Source: Heteronotia binoei
Taxonomy: Eukaryota
Reading direction: 5' to 3'
Length of the DNA: 64,000 bases
NCBI RefSeq assembly: GCF_032191835.1
Contig: NC_083227.1
Span: 137,082,001-137,146,000, forward strand
Part shown: piece by piece, positions 13,713 through 25,689 of the stretch
Layout of the letters: each line of letters opens with the position of its first letter
How positions within the stretch are numbered: the first letter of the stretch is position 1
The notes under the pieces: generated by a model
Told to the model about the DNA's origin: nothing
The model's database searches: none
What the model saw: the letters and a program-made list of their open reading frames with translations, nothing else
Position numbers and translations under genes: made by a program

Positions 13713-13870
13713 GAAGAGCTGTGGTTCAATGGTAGAGCACCTGTTTGCTTGCAGAAGATCCTGGGTTCAGTCACTGGCATCTTCAGCTAAAGAATCTCAG
13801 GTTGTGGTTGCATAGAAGACCATTGCTGCTTGAGATGCTGCTGGTCACAGACAATGCTGAGCTTGATGAA
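13713..13870 (+). mobile_element. tRNA-headed SINE, degenerate
   Basis: GCTGTGGTTCAATGGTAGAGCAC box A-like and GGGTTCAGTCAC box B-like motifs. Confidence 0.55.
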
Positions 13871-16119
13871 CCAATTATATATATTTTATATTTATAGACA
13901 ATCTTTCTTCATGGCTCAAGGTTCATATGTTCAGATAACCAAATTATTCTATTCAAAGGATGTAACAGCATATAATTTGAGCCCCATAACATTCAGTGGG
14001 ACTTGCTTCTGAATGGAGATACATAGAGCCAGTCTTATGAGTAGTTACAAGCATGTGGTGAAAAGTTCCCTGGTTTAATTTCCCACTCACTTCTGAGTTC
14101 TCTGCCCCTCCTTCAATTTCCGTTTTCTATAATACAGGGATAATTAGAGTGTCCCTTTTTTATGGAATTGTTGGAAAGATTGTACATGAAAAGCTCTGAG
14201 AACTTAGACAAATCCCATTAAAATGACAAGAAAATTATTCAGCCATCAGCCACATCGTTAAACCCCATTCATTTCCATTTATAAAAAGGAGTTAAGAATG
14301 TGCATCTGCCCCACTGAAATCAATGGGTCTTAAATATGCTTTCCTTTAGTGGGATCAAGCTGTATCTGTTATCATGAGCTACCTTAGGAATCAGGTTTTA
14401 GCAGAAAGTTATGTGCTGGCAGTAAGTTTTGGAAATGATCATAAACTCATTAGATCCGGTACTGATATTTGCTCTTACATATTGTAATTCTGATATCTAT
14501 ATCTATAGATAGATATTCCAGTTTCATTAAAACACATTTAAATTTTCCCAGGTGAGTTTTAATAGAAGCACCTGTATTGAACTAAGAAAGATGAATTGCG
14601 CAAATTAAACTTTAAAAATGGGATTTTATGAGGATATTACTAGAATGGGGGCTTCAACTTAGTGCTCTTATTTTATAGAAATGATTAGATTATTATCAAA
14701 CCTAATACAGTAATATAATTCTGGGTTTTCATACAGTTCCTTCCTAATTCTCACTAGAGATTGCAAGTTCTTGAGTGTTTCATTTATTTGTTCCTGATTC
14801 CATATAGATGATGACTCTGAGCCTCTTTCGATTACAAAATGAAATTGTTCTATTTGCTGTGATAGTTTCAAATGATGCAAAATACCCTCAAAGTGTAACA
14901 AAGAGCACTTCTGCACAAGAGCAGTTATCGGTATTATGGGGTTGTGTTCATTGCCTATTGATGTAGTAGCTGTGCTTTATTTAAATATTATTTGTAATTC
15001 TAGTTGCCTTCCATCTACGACTATGTAATGAGATTGTTGAAAGCCCAGTCATTTTTTGTTTTGTTCTTGATGTCCAAAATAGCACTGAAAAATGAAGAGC
15101 AACTAAGGGTTGATGAGAAAAAAATAATGTAAGGTCAGAGGGGAGAAAATAGTGGGAACTAATTAAATCTATTGTAAATGAGTTCAGCTCCATGGAAATA
15201 ATTTTGAGTTAACCAGGGTAGATTATAGTCATTACAAGATTTTCCTGCAACCTCTGTTTAACCTTCTTTCTCCATTGCCATCCCAATGAGAAACTAAAAG
15301 GCAATAGATCACTAGAATTTAGTAAGTTTGGGCTGATGCATCCTAGTCTTTCAGCTGGTTAGCACAAATCCCTGTGGATCTGGTTTATATGAGGGGATAG
15401 GAAACAATATCCTGTCTGAAGCATGTATTTCTCAAGATCAAACCATCAGTGTATTCTATTAATCTATTGCTTAGTCTGTCCTTATAGCCCTATATTCCCC
15501 CCCCCCCCCGCGATCCTTAATATTCCATTTTGTTAACTATAATACAGGAGCATACACATGTATATTTTTAGTATGTTTCTAATACTTCAACGAAGAACAG
15601 TGTGACATCCATATGTCCCTCTTCTTCTGTGCACTTATGTTGCAAATTTGTTAGTGGAGAAACTGTGTCCCAGTAGGAATTAGCCCTCAAGCTCTCCTGC
15701 ATGGCAAGCCAAAAATATATTGGTCTAATCATTCTAACAGTATTATAAATCCTAGCAAGCATCTCCTAAACTTGGTGAAAAGAAATGACTGAAAATTTCA
15801 TTTTTTATGTAACTATAATGAAACAAAGCAAGAAATTGCATCTATCACTCAAATGATTAAGCTGTGAAAATGACACTGCAAAAAGAAAATCTGGTTTATG
15901 AAAGGGAATGAATGTATGTCCATCAAACTAGCCACACAGTCACATGTGCACACATACAACAGTTTTTCTCCTCTGCTCCACACATTACATCTACAGCATA
16001 TACAGATGGAAACTCCTCAGAATTACAAAAACTATGCATTATGTACAATCTTATCAGAGAAAACAAGCTATGGCTGTTGTGATGGGGTTACATGTGTAGA
16101 TGTTGTTCTTTGCTTGGAT

Positions 16120-16465
16120 ATCAGGCTCCATCCCAGGCATCTCCAGTTAAAAGAATCAGGTAGGAGGTGATGCAAAAGACCTCAGCCTGGAGAGTTGCTG
16201 TCACTCTGAGTAGACTAGGGCTCCTTCCCCCCTCTGGGGTGACATGGTAGGACAGAGTTCCAGAATCTCTTCATGGAAACAAATTTCTAAAAAACAAACA
16301 AACCTGTTTTAAAGTTCCTGAGGGGCACCCTTGTGTTTCTTTTTCATTTCCTTCTTGAGAATTCTGGCACCTCTTTTTCAAAAAAAAAAAAAAGCCCTGG
16401 AGTAGATAATACTGACTTTGACTGACCAAGGGTCTGATTCAGTGTAAGGCAGCTTCATGTGTGTT
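16120..16465 (+). mobile_element. tRNA/CR1-like SINE interrupted by a hAT MITE
   Basis: Same body and 3' end as the 9425-9592 copy, split at 16216-16399. Confidence 0.6.
16216..16399. mobile_element. hAT MITE (CAGGGCT TIR family)
   Basis: Termini TAGGGCT...AGCCCTG; 8-bp TSD GAGTAGAC (16208-16215) / GAGTAGAT (16400-16407). Confidence 0.7.
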
Positions 16466-16984
16466 ATATGAGATGTGGCCCAGTACTGCTACATATTAGA
16501 CTTCTGTAGTGCTCATAGCTAAGCCACTGTGGTCTCTGCCTCAACAGGCGAAAGGTCCAATAATCATTCAACTCAAGGCCACTTGATATGACAGTTATAT
16601 TTACCTCAGTATGTTGTAATAGTTAGAGTCCTGACTAGGCCCTGTTCCTTGCTCCTCACAAAACCAACAGGTGCCATTGAACTAATCATTATCTAGCCTA
16701 CCTCAAAGAGTTATTATACAGAAAAAAAGAGAAAGAAGAAGAGGACAAAAGGGAGTGTTTTTACATTGATTTTTGATGTTCTCATATCTGTTTCAAAGTT
16801 TGTTTTATGGATTCAAAAAAGTTGTTACCAGTCTTGGGTCCTGCAATGCTCAGGAGAAAAGTGAGCACATAAATATTTTAAAAGATAAATAAACCATGTA
16901 AACCATGAGCTTGTTGAAGATAGAGCATGATAAAATTACTAATAAAATAGTGTGAACAACTCTTAAAACACACAAGTATGTGTG

Positions 16985-17478
16985 CCTGGAAGCCCTCCAT
17001 GAATCTGTCTAACCCTCTTATAAAGCTCCCTCTCTGTGCGGCTGTCACTGTTTCCATACATGGTGAATACCACCAAATTTCACTTTATTCAACAAGTTTC
17101 TTTTTGTCTGTTCTGAACTTATTTCCCAGAAATTTCATTGGGTGCCTCTGAGTTAGAGTTTTATGGGAGGGGGAGAGAAATCTCTTTCTATCCACCTTCT
17201 CCATCCATGTATAATTGTATAAACTTTTATTATGCCTTTTCTTAATCATCTTTTTTCTCTACTGACAAGTCCCAGATACTCCAGACTTTCCTCACAGTAA
17301 AATTTGTTCCAACGCCATGATCATCTTGGTTGCCCTGCTTTGAGTTCTGCAATGTCCTCTGTAAAATACAGCAACCAGAACTGCTCATAGTGTTCCAAAT
17401 GAGGCCATACCATAGCTTTAAACAAAGGCATTACAATACTGATAATTTTATGTTCAACCTCTTTCCTAATAATTTTTA
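16985..17478 (-). mobile_element. CR1 LINE fragment (host of the 17479-19848 insertion)
   Basis: CCAGAACTGCTCATAGTGTTCCAAATGAGGCC and TTTCCTAATAAT motifs match the CR1 copy at ~34850-35250. Confidence 0.65.
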
Positions 17479-19848
17479 GATTTTATAATTTTTATTGGTT
17501 TTAACTACAAAAGAAAGAAGCATAAGCATAGATACAAAAAAAGGGGAGGAGGGCATATACAGAATGGGAAAAGCAGGGGGGGGGGGAGAAAAATACAAAT
17601 ATATCAGTTTTAAATCTACCTCAGAATAAAATATTCAATTCATTCTACCTGCAAGTATAGAGTTCTCCATATATTTTACCATCTTTATCTTTCATTATAA
17701 AACATTTGCAATACAAGTCTAAATAGTTCTTCTTCAACACATATAAGTATAAACAAGTCAGAGCAGTCTCAACACGGAACTAGCTGCTTTGGCTTAACCA
17801 TGTTAAAAACACAGACTAGTTTGTTAGTTTAACAGTATCCTCATTAACATAGACACAAAAAATTCATATCTTTATCCTTAAAAAGCTAAAAGAAAAATAC
17901 AACATAGTATTTCGTCTATCTCAATATAAACAGTTTCTCCTGGTAGACATACTAAAGACAAATCTGCCAGTTTACATAACAACTGTGCTATCTGCCTTTT
18001 TAACCATTAGTCCACCTTTTATATCCCTATTGGACTAGGAAAACCAATTTATTATGACCCAAAAATAAAAATCACATGCCTGTTCTTATTGAGGGTTCCA
18101 TACCCAACTACCCAACCAAGATAAGGACATTTCAAGAAACCCTTCTTACTAAAAAGAAATCTATCTCCTGATTTGTAACTAATATGCACCTTCTCTCTCC
18201 TTAACACGGTCTGTGATCAATATCTTTATCCTTGACAGATTAGAAATAGAGCACAATAATTTATCTATCTTATTATAGAGAATTTCTTCAAACATATTAG
18301 AAGGAGATCTACTAATTAACAAAATAATTACAATATCTACCTTCTTAACAGTTATTGATTAACTTGTAGAATTACCCATATCAATAACAAACATAAAAAA
18401 ACTAATATCATTATCTGTTAAAGACAAGTTCACCAATTTATCAAGTAATTACATTATCTGCCTTCTTAAAAGTTAATCGAAGTTAACTATTTTTACATAA
18501 AATTCTTTTCAAAGACTTTTTAGTCCTTTAACTTTTATATCCATATTGTTTTAAACAAGACAACTTACTATAGCCCCCCCCCCAAAAAAAAACGGAAAAA
18601 GAAATCTCACTTATCCTTCTGATATCACATATCAGATTTTCTTACAAAGTTCATGTCCAGCTATCCACTGAGAAAAATCTAATTCAGGAGGCTCTTCTTT
18701 CTGAAAGATTTCCACATCATGATTTTCTGGTTAAAATGCATCTTCTTACATCTTAATGCAGTCATCCTTCTCAAAGAAAGTGAGAAAAATTCCACAGCCT
18801 TTGTTCCTCTCAACCTAACTTGAATCAGTCTCCATTTCTGGTCTTCTTTTTAAACTGCGCCATAGGGTTCCATTTTAATTTTTTTTTTGTTTATTTCCCA
18901 ACAGGTCACTCTCCCATTTCAATTCCACAGATGTCACTGGGTTCTCTTTAGCACTCTGCTCATGTTGATTTGAGATTTCGCTAGCTTTCAGCAAAAAAGC
19001 TCCCATTTGCTTCTTAACCAGGTCTGTCAATAAACCAAGATCTTGCCTCAGAGACTTCAAACTGTTTAAAATATCTTTTTTTATAAAAAATGTCACTTAG
19101 CAAAGCCATTTTTCTCTGTCAGCAAACTCAGTCCATTAATCCAGGTTGAAAAGCAGCTCAGAGTCCCAGATAGCCCGTCCTTCCCAGTCTCCTCCAACTG
19201 GAGTTTTAGATGTTAGTGTATGAATTTCAAATCAGACAACAAGGAGAAGTCCCTCTAACAAGTATCTCATTTTGTTCAGACCGTATTGTAGCTGAATAAT
19301 ACCCTCTTTAACAAATATCCAATTATGACCTGGGTCGATTTAAGTATCCATATTCAGATTAATTCAAATTGTTTCCAGTACTTAGAGATGTTCTTTAGCT
19401 TTTCACGGCCTCATTCACTGGGAAATTAGAGGTATCGACCTCTTTCCCTTCCTTTGAACTGCCAGTTCATTGAAATGTAAAAATGACCCATTAGCCATTG
19501 GCAATTGAAAGCCGACTTACTTGCATTGTAGAGTTGTCATGCTTGAGATAAAGGGGTGCTAGAGCAAAAGCTTATTGAAGAGAAGAAAAGCAAACGATTG
19601 GGTGTTCACCTTTTGCTGCTGTAATGGCGATCACGATGGGGAGAGCTTCAGGGCATACAGAAAGAACAGGAGCAATTGCTGTTGCGCCCCTGTCTTGCTG
19701 TAAAAGGCCCATGCTGAAAAGAGACCCCCCCAGGGCCTCTTTGGGGGTGTCACATCTGAGGCACCCCTCCCCCTGCCTGATTCAGGGGGGCCACAAGCAG
19801 GAGAGCTCACGGATCCAACTGAGAGCAAGGCGACATAGCCCAGAAAAC
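17479..19848 (-). mobile_element. ORF2-less L1-like non-autonomous retrotransposon (HAL1-like), long form
   Basis: 18-bp TSD CTTTCCTAATAATTTTTA (17461-17478 / 19849-19866); GC-rich 5' end; degenerate coiled-coil-like ORF (18875-19096); AT-rich 3' region with CCAATAAAA; no RT or EN motifs seen. Confidence 0.65.
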
Positions 19849-20218
19849 CTTTCCTAATAATTTTTATAATGGAATTTCTAGAATGATTTTTTTTGTTCCC
19901 TCTCCCTGTGCAGACATCCAGCTTTCCATGTGAAATGACCTTCAAATGACATGGATCAATTTTTAAAATAAAATTATTTTTTGGAGGAGGAAAGGGGCAA
20001 TGATAAACAATTTAAAGTAGGATTAATCAGGACAAACAACCTTTGATTATGTACAGGATTCTATAGAATATATGAATGACTGCTGAAATAATATTATTGG
20101 GTAACACTAATAATATTATTGGGTAACACTAACATTTATTTGTAACTTCAGCATCGTTAGTTAGCTTTATATTGGCTATGCTTGATTCTGTTGTCCTGTT
20201 TTCCTCAGGTTTTAAGCA

Positions 20219-20344
20219 ATGAAATCAAGAAGCTTCTGGTCACTCCTCATAATATTTGAGGTTTTACTGTCAGCTGCTTGGGGATGGATGGAATCGAACA
20301 GGAGCAGGCAATTTTATTCAGATGCTGGGAAGCTAACAAAAGAG
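20219..20344 (+). CDS. FSTL4: Follistatin-related protein 4, first coding exon (exon 20209-20344; signal peptide)
   Basis: Acceptor TTTTCCTCAG|, 10 nt UTR, ATG at 20219, 126 nt CDS MKSRSFWSLLIIFEVLLSAAWGWMESNRSRQFYSDAGKLTKE, donor GAG|GTAAAA. Aligns to the recalled human N-terminus [31 protein letters not shown] with the same 42-codon phase-0 exon. Confidence 0.85.
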
Positions 20345-20429
20345 GTAAAACAAAACTTTTAGTTGCTTCTAATGATGTGTCTGCTTCTGCATCTGTGTTT
20401 TCCAAGAATGTCACTTTTAATTTAATTTA

Positions 20430-21395
20430 ATTTTTTAATTTATACTTCGCCGAATCCCACAAGCAGGCTCAGGGCAGCTTACAACATTAAAACAACATTA
20501 AAATAAACCACATTTTAAACAGCATCATAACTGCAAATATGTCAAATCAAATCAGAAAACAGTAATCCATACAGTTGACAACAAACCACACAACAGCATG
20601 TAGGCTTAGGGTTGCCAAGTCCAATTCAAGAAATATCTGGGGACTTTGGGGGTGGAGCCAGGAGACATTAGGGGTGGAGCCAAGATCAAGGCTGTGACAT
20701 GCATAATTAAACTCCAAAGGGAGTTCTGGCCATCACATTTAAAGGGACGGCACACCTTTTCAATTTCTTCCTTCCATAGGAAATCATGAAGGATAGGGGC
20801 ACCTTCTTTTGGGGCTCATAGAATTGGACCCCCTGGTCCAATCTTTTCGAAAATTGGAGGGTATTTTGGGGAGAGGCACTAGATGCTATACTGAAAATTT
20901 GGTGCCTCTACCCCAAAAAACAGCCCCCAGAGCCCCAGATACACGAGGATCAATTATCCATGATTTTCTATGGGAATAAATCTCCATAGGGAATAATAGA
21001 GTTCCCAGTAGACATTTCTTTCCCCTCCCCCCGCTTTCTGATGACCCTGAAGCGGGGGGGGGGGCTCCAAACCGGGGGATCCCCTGCCCCCACCTGGGGA
21101 TTGGCAACCCTATGTAGGCTGGAAGCTTTCAACACCACTTAAGCACCTTGATATTAGGGTGCTGGGGAAGCGGTGATTTCAGAGGATGCCCACTGGATCA
21201 ATTAAAAAGTGTGGTGGAAGAGCTCCAACTTGCAGGCCCTGCTAAACTTGGATAAGTTCCGCAGGGCCTGGATCTCCAGCAGGAGCTCGTTCCACCAGCT
21301 TGTTCCACCAGGTAGGGGCCTGGACTGAAACGGCCTTGGCTCTCATTGAAGAAAGTCAGACGTCCTTAGGACTAAGGATCACAAGAAGATGTGAT
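20430..21395 (-). mobile_element. L2 LINE 3' fragment interrupted by a MITE
   Basis: GCTCAGGGCAGCTTACAAC terminus and GCAGGCCCTG...TTCCACCAG motifs shared with the 47.7-48.7 kb L2. Confidence 0.65.
20607..21112. mobile_element. Complete 506-bp hAT MITE (TAGGGTTGCCA TIR)
   Basis: TIRs TAGGGTTGCCA / TGGCAACCCTA; perfect 8-bp TSD TGTAGGCT (20599-20606 / 21113-21120). Confidence 0.85.
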
Positions 21396-22969
21396 CACCT
21401 CTAGTCTACATTCTTAAACCATAAGAATGTATAAAGTGAAAATGGGGAGGGCTTGCTTATCGCTACTCTAAATTTGGGGTAGTACTTTATTGTATTGAGA
21501 GTTTGTTTCCAGAATTTTTATTGGATTATAGATAGGGGGGAGGGAGAGGAGAGGGAGGTAGCAGCCCAGTAGACTGCTCTTCAGTAGCACAAATGTCCTT
21601 TAAACTTTGAAGGGCCGTTATTTTTCATGGGAAGACCAGGCCTCTGAACTCCAGAGTCCAGGTCTTACCCACCCACCCCAAAAAATAATTTAAAGTGCCC
21701 TTTAAAATTTATAAGGTACATGTGCTGCCAAACATCTAGGGAGAGTGCTCTAAATAATGGGCACTAGACCTGATCTCCAGAGTTTGAGGAGGGGAGATAA
21801 GGTCTAACTTTCATTGAAAATAATGGTCCTGTAAAGTTTAAAGGGACATTATATTGAATGTCCTTTCTCCATCCTCACTCACTGTTCCTGCTGCCAACCT
21901 GGGGAGGGGGAGGAAAGAAGCCTGCAGTTGGTCCAGCTTCTACTGGAGGAATTAAAAATCTCTCTCATCTTCAAGGGACATTGTTTCAGATCTGGTTGCC
22001 AGATTTCAGGCTGTAGTCAAAGTGCCTTGGGTTATTATGAGGATAGGAAAGTGTGATTTTTTGCAGACGCAGGCTGAACATTTCCCCTTATAATTCCACA
22101 ACAGATAGAGGTTTTATTTAACAAATAAATGCTGGAAATAGCAATAGCAATAATGTCAATAGGCTGTTATAACATTCTTATGCCACAGCAATCTAGCAGT
22201 CCCTGATTGTTGTTCTGCTTTGATTTTGGAAGCCAGAAGGGGAAATGGTGGCTGGAGACTTAGGGAAGTAGACTGTGTGGATGTTTCATTGCCACTGTAG
22301 ATGCTTGTGAGTCTGAAGCAGCAATAAGAGTTACACAAGGAATCATGCCTGTGTGGAAGCAGCCTATGTGAGAGATCATTTGCCCAGTGACACCCAACAA
22401 GTCTCTAGGCTCTTTAAGGATTTGACTTCTGATGTTCCTGCTTTAAAGTTCAATATTCTATCAAGTGTGCCATGCTATCTGTTTTAAAGTTGTCATAATA
22501 TAACAGGTCATAATCTTCTTTACTCAGGTCTGGCCCCACAATTGATATGATGATGATACTTCTTTCCAGCTCTCCTTTCAGTTGGCCTGAGCATTTGCAA
22601 GCTGCTTTTCCCCATTGGAAATTGGAATGGACTAGGAATGCCATGCCTTCTATTGCAATTTTGCATTTTAAATGTAGGCTATTACTAAAAAGCAACTGTT
22701 TTATATATAAATGAATGGGGTTCATGCTGGACTTATTTGGCATATCTGATAGTCTAATCATATGCTAAAATTCATAATTATCTATATGAAAATACAAAGC
22801 TACCTATATTGTAATGGCCCAGTGTTATATTAACTAAATATAATTTATCTGAAGTTCTTCAGCAGTTTACATGTAGTTTTAATTTTTAAGGCTTTTGGGG
22901 GGCCAAATCCCAGACATAACTTGCAAATTGGATACCACTAAGCAAATACCACTGAAGTAAGATTATGAT

Positions 22970-23200
22970 AGCCCTGATCTGGAAAGCCCAGGCAAGTCCA
23001 ATCTCATCAGATCTCAGATGCAAAGTAGGGTCAACTGTGGTTAGTACTTCCTTGAAATACCCATTCAAGAGGACAGAGGCAGGTTCTATTCAGTCACTTC
23101 TCTGAATATCTTCAGGCCCCCACTAGGGATCAGTCACCAGAGGGTGACATGACTTCCAGGTGCAAATGCATGCACACACAAATATACAAAATACCAAAAA
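22970..23200 (+). mobile_element. 5S rRNA-derived SINE
   Basis: CCAATCTCATCAGATCTCAGATGCAAAGTAGGGTCAACTGTGGTTAGTACTT matches the 5S internal control region with CpG decay; A-rich tail; 15-bp TSD AAGTAAGATTATGAT (22955-22969 / 23201-23215). Confidence 0.75.
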
Positions 23201-23479
23201 AAGTAAGATTATGATGTTGTGATGAAGGCCCCAAAATCTCCAGGTTTAAGAGAAGAGAGATGCAAGATGATCTAATAATCCCTAAAATATCTGACAAAGT
23301 TCTAGGAACTTTTCATAGCCTGAGAGCCTTTTATTTATTTGAAGTATTTCCATCCTTCTCTTCTGCAATAACAGTTCAAAGTAGCCAACATCATTAATTA
23401 AAACAATTACAACTTAATATGCTTCAGTTCTTTCTAGTTGGCTCCAAGACTTCTACAATCATGATGCATTGGTTATTGA

Positions 23480-23582
23480 ATGTCCCATTTTGTTGATTGT
23501 ACTGATTCCACTGTGTGTAATCCACCTTGAGTCTCTGTGAAAAAGGTGGCCTATCAAAAATGTAAATAAAATAAAATAAAAA
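23480..23582 (+). mobile_element. L2 3' end fragment
   Basis: GTAATCCACCTTGAGTCTCTGTGAAAAAGGTGG followed by (TAAAA)n. Confidence 0.55.
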
Positions 23583-24054
23583 TCTAGATCTCAAAGTCAC
23601 CCATAACAGAACATCACATCTGTCATCATCTCAGCATATAGATTTTTATCATTTTAAAATATCTCAACAATCTATTTACCACCTAAAAACTCTGCAAATG
23701 GCCTTTGCAACAGAATGATCAAGCCACATCAACTTTCCTGAAAGCTGGCAGGGTCAGGATTTCAAATCTTTCTTCCAGAAGGCCATACCATAATTGGGGG
23801 GGGGGGGCAATTACAGAAATGGCCCATGCTCCCACCAAGATCAAGCCTACTTCCAAAGACTTGTTACGTGTTCTCTTTTAGATTCCCAACTCAACCTTGC
23901 CTCTATTATCTTGATCTTGGGATAAGAAACTTTCTTTTCCAATGCTACACACCTTTTAGAAGTCATTGACAAACCACAGTATGCTCTTAAGGTGAACGAT
24001 ATTCATGTTCTTGGTGTATGTGTCCCTTGTAGTTTAATCCTGATTTAGAATGGG

Positions 24055-24296
24055 AATGTTAGCCTTCAGGTGGGACCTGGGGATATCCTGGAATTACAGC
24101 TCTTCTCCAGAGTACAAAGAGCAGTTCCTCTGGAGAAAATGCTGCTTTGGAGAGTGAACTGTATGACCTTGTATCCTACTGAGGTCCCTGACCTCCCCAG
24201 GTCCACCATCAAATCTCCAGGAGTTTCCAAGCCTCGAGCTGCCAACCTTACCTCTCCCTCCCCCAACTAGTGGCCAGGAGGGATCTAGCAACCCTA
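24055..24296. mobile_element. Short-form TAGGGTTGCCA-family MITE
   Basis: Ends CTAGCAACCCTA; internal match to copies at ~984, ~49028 and ~62849. Confidence 0.65.
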
Positions 24297-25196
24297 GTTT
24301 AAAAATCTCTGCCACAACACATTGGAGCAAATTAAAAGACTCTTGTGCACTAAATTTTCACATTCCTGCACACAAACTATAGTTTGTTTATAAATTCGAA
24401 TGCAGATCCAGTGTTTAACTGCAAATCAGGGCTTTTCAAAAACTGCTCACAATGCTACTTACAAATCCTGACCCAATTCCATTTTGAATGGTGAGAACTT
24501 TGCCCACCTGCAGCATTTTTCCAGGAAAATGTATTGCTGGGAAGATGTGTCTGATGTTTTAAAATTTCTGAAAATACTACATAACTGTGCTATAGTTCAT
24601 AATACTCTAATCTAATGGCTCATCATCACTTTATGGAAAGAAGCTGTAGGAACCAGCCAGTTATGATTGCCGTGACTGGCATTGCTTGGGGACCTGTACT
24701 TTTTAGACTGGAAGTGGTATAGCAGCAGCAATGCTCTCTGTCGGTATATACATTGTTGCAGATTTTAAATTCTTAGATTTCTGAAACTTCCTTGAGCTAT
24801 ACTCTTAATAGAAATATGACTTTAAAAGAAAACAATACCACATTGAATGAAATTTGTTATGCAGATAATTTAGTAAAATGGTTATAGTTTTTGATATGAG
24901 AATACTTGAAAGGCATTTATTCATTTGATCTTGCTCTGAATCCATAAAGTTATTATACCAATTACTTGATTTTGCTTGGGGAGAAAAGATCTGAGGTGCT
25001 GATGTATTTGTCCAAAGACTTGTATAAAGGACCAATAATGCTTGAATAATAATATTGAAATATATTTATGTACAAAGCTTCAGATGAAATAGCTGCAAGG
25101 GATATAATGTTAATAAATGAAGGCTAAAGAAACAGCAGAAGAACAGAGAGCTTCTTCAACAGGCAGCTGCCATTTTGCAGTATGAAATACAATATC

Positions 25197-25397
25197 CAGG
25201 GCTTTTTTTTTAAGCAGGAATGCACAGGAACACAATTCCGACTGGCTTGGCACTAGGGGGTGTGGCCTCATATGCAAATGAGTCCCTGCTGGGCTTTTTT
25301 CTACAAAGAAAACCCTGGAAAACAATTGTGCTGCCAGGGGATGTGGCCTAATATGCAGATGAGTTCCTGCTGGGCCTTTTCTACAAAAAAAGCCCTG
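25197..25397. mobile_element. 201-bp hAT MITE with internal direct repeat carrying octamer motifs
   Basis: TIRs CAGGGCTTTTTTT / AAAAAAAGCCCTG; perfect 8-bp TSD ACAATATC (25189-25196 / 25398-25405). Confidence 0.85.
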
Positions 25398-25689
25398 ACA
25401 ATATCACAATAGAAATAGATGTTAACAGGTGCTGTTATACTACACTCACAATTCTGTTTCCCTGTTGGTGCTATTCTTCAAGAAAACAACCACTGGAGTA
25501 GGGGGGTTTTGTTCTGCCATGAATGACAAATGATTGTAGTTGTTAGACCATGTTGTTGTGGCTCCAGCACCAAGGGGAGGGGCCGAGGCAGGCACCCCAG
25601 GCAAAATTTCTCCCTACCAAAACATTCTAGTTTAATTTACAGTTTCAATTAAAATAACACACAAGCACACCATTTTCGGAAAAAAGTGG

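Noticed and set aside
22970-23070. Functional 5S rRNA gene
   Set aside because: CpG-decayed, incomplete, fused to foreign sequence and flanked by a TSD; it is a SINE head
24650-24690. EPASYD peptide after TAG, resembling the start of FSTL4 exon 3
   Set aside because: No polypyrimidine tract and no GT donor at the expected distance
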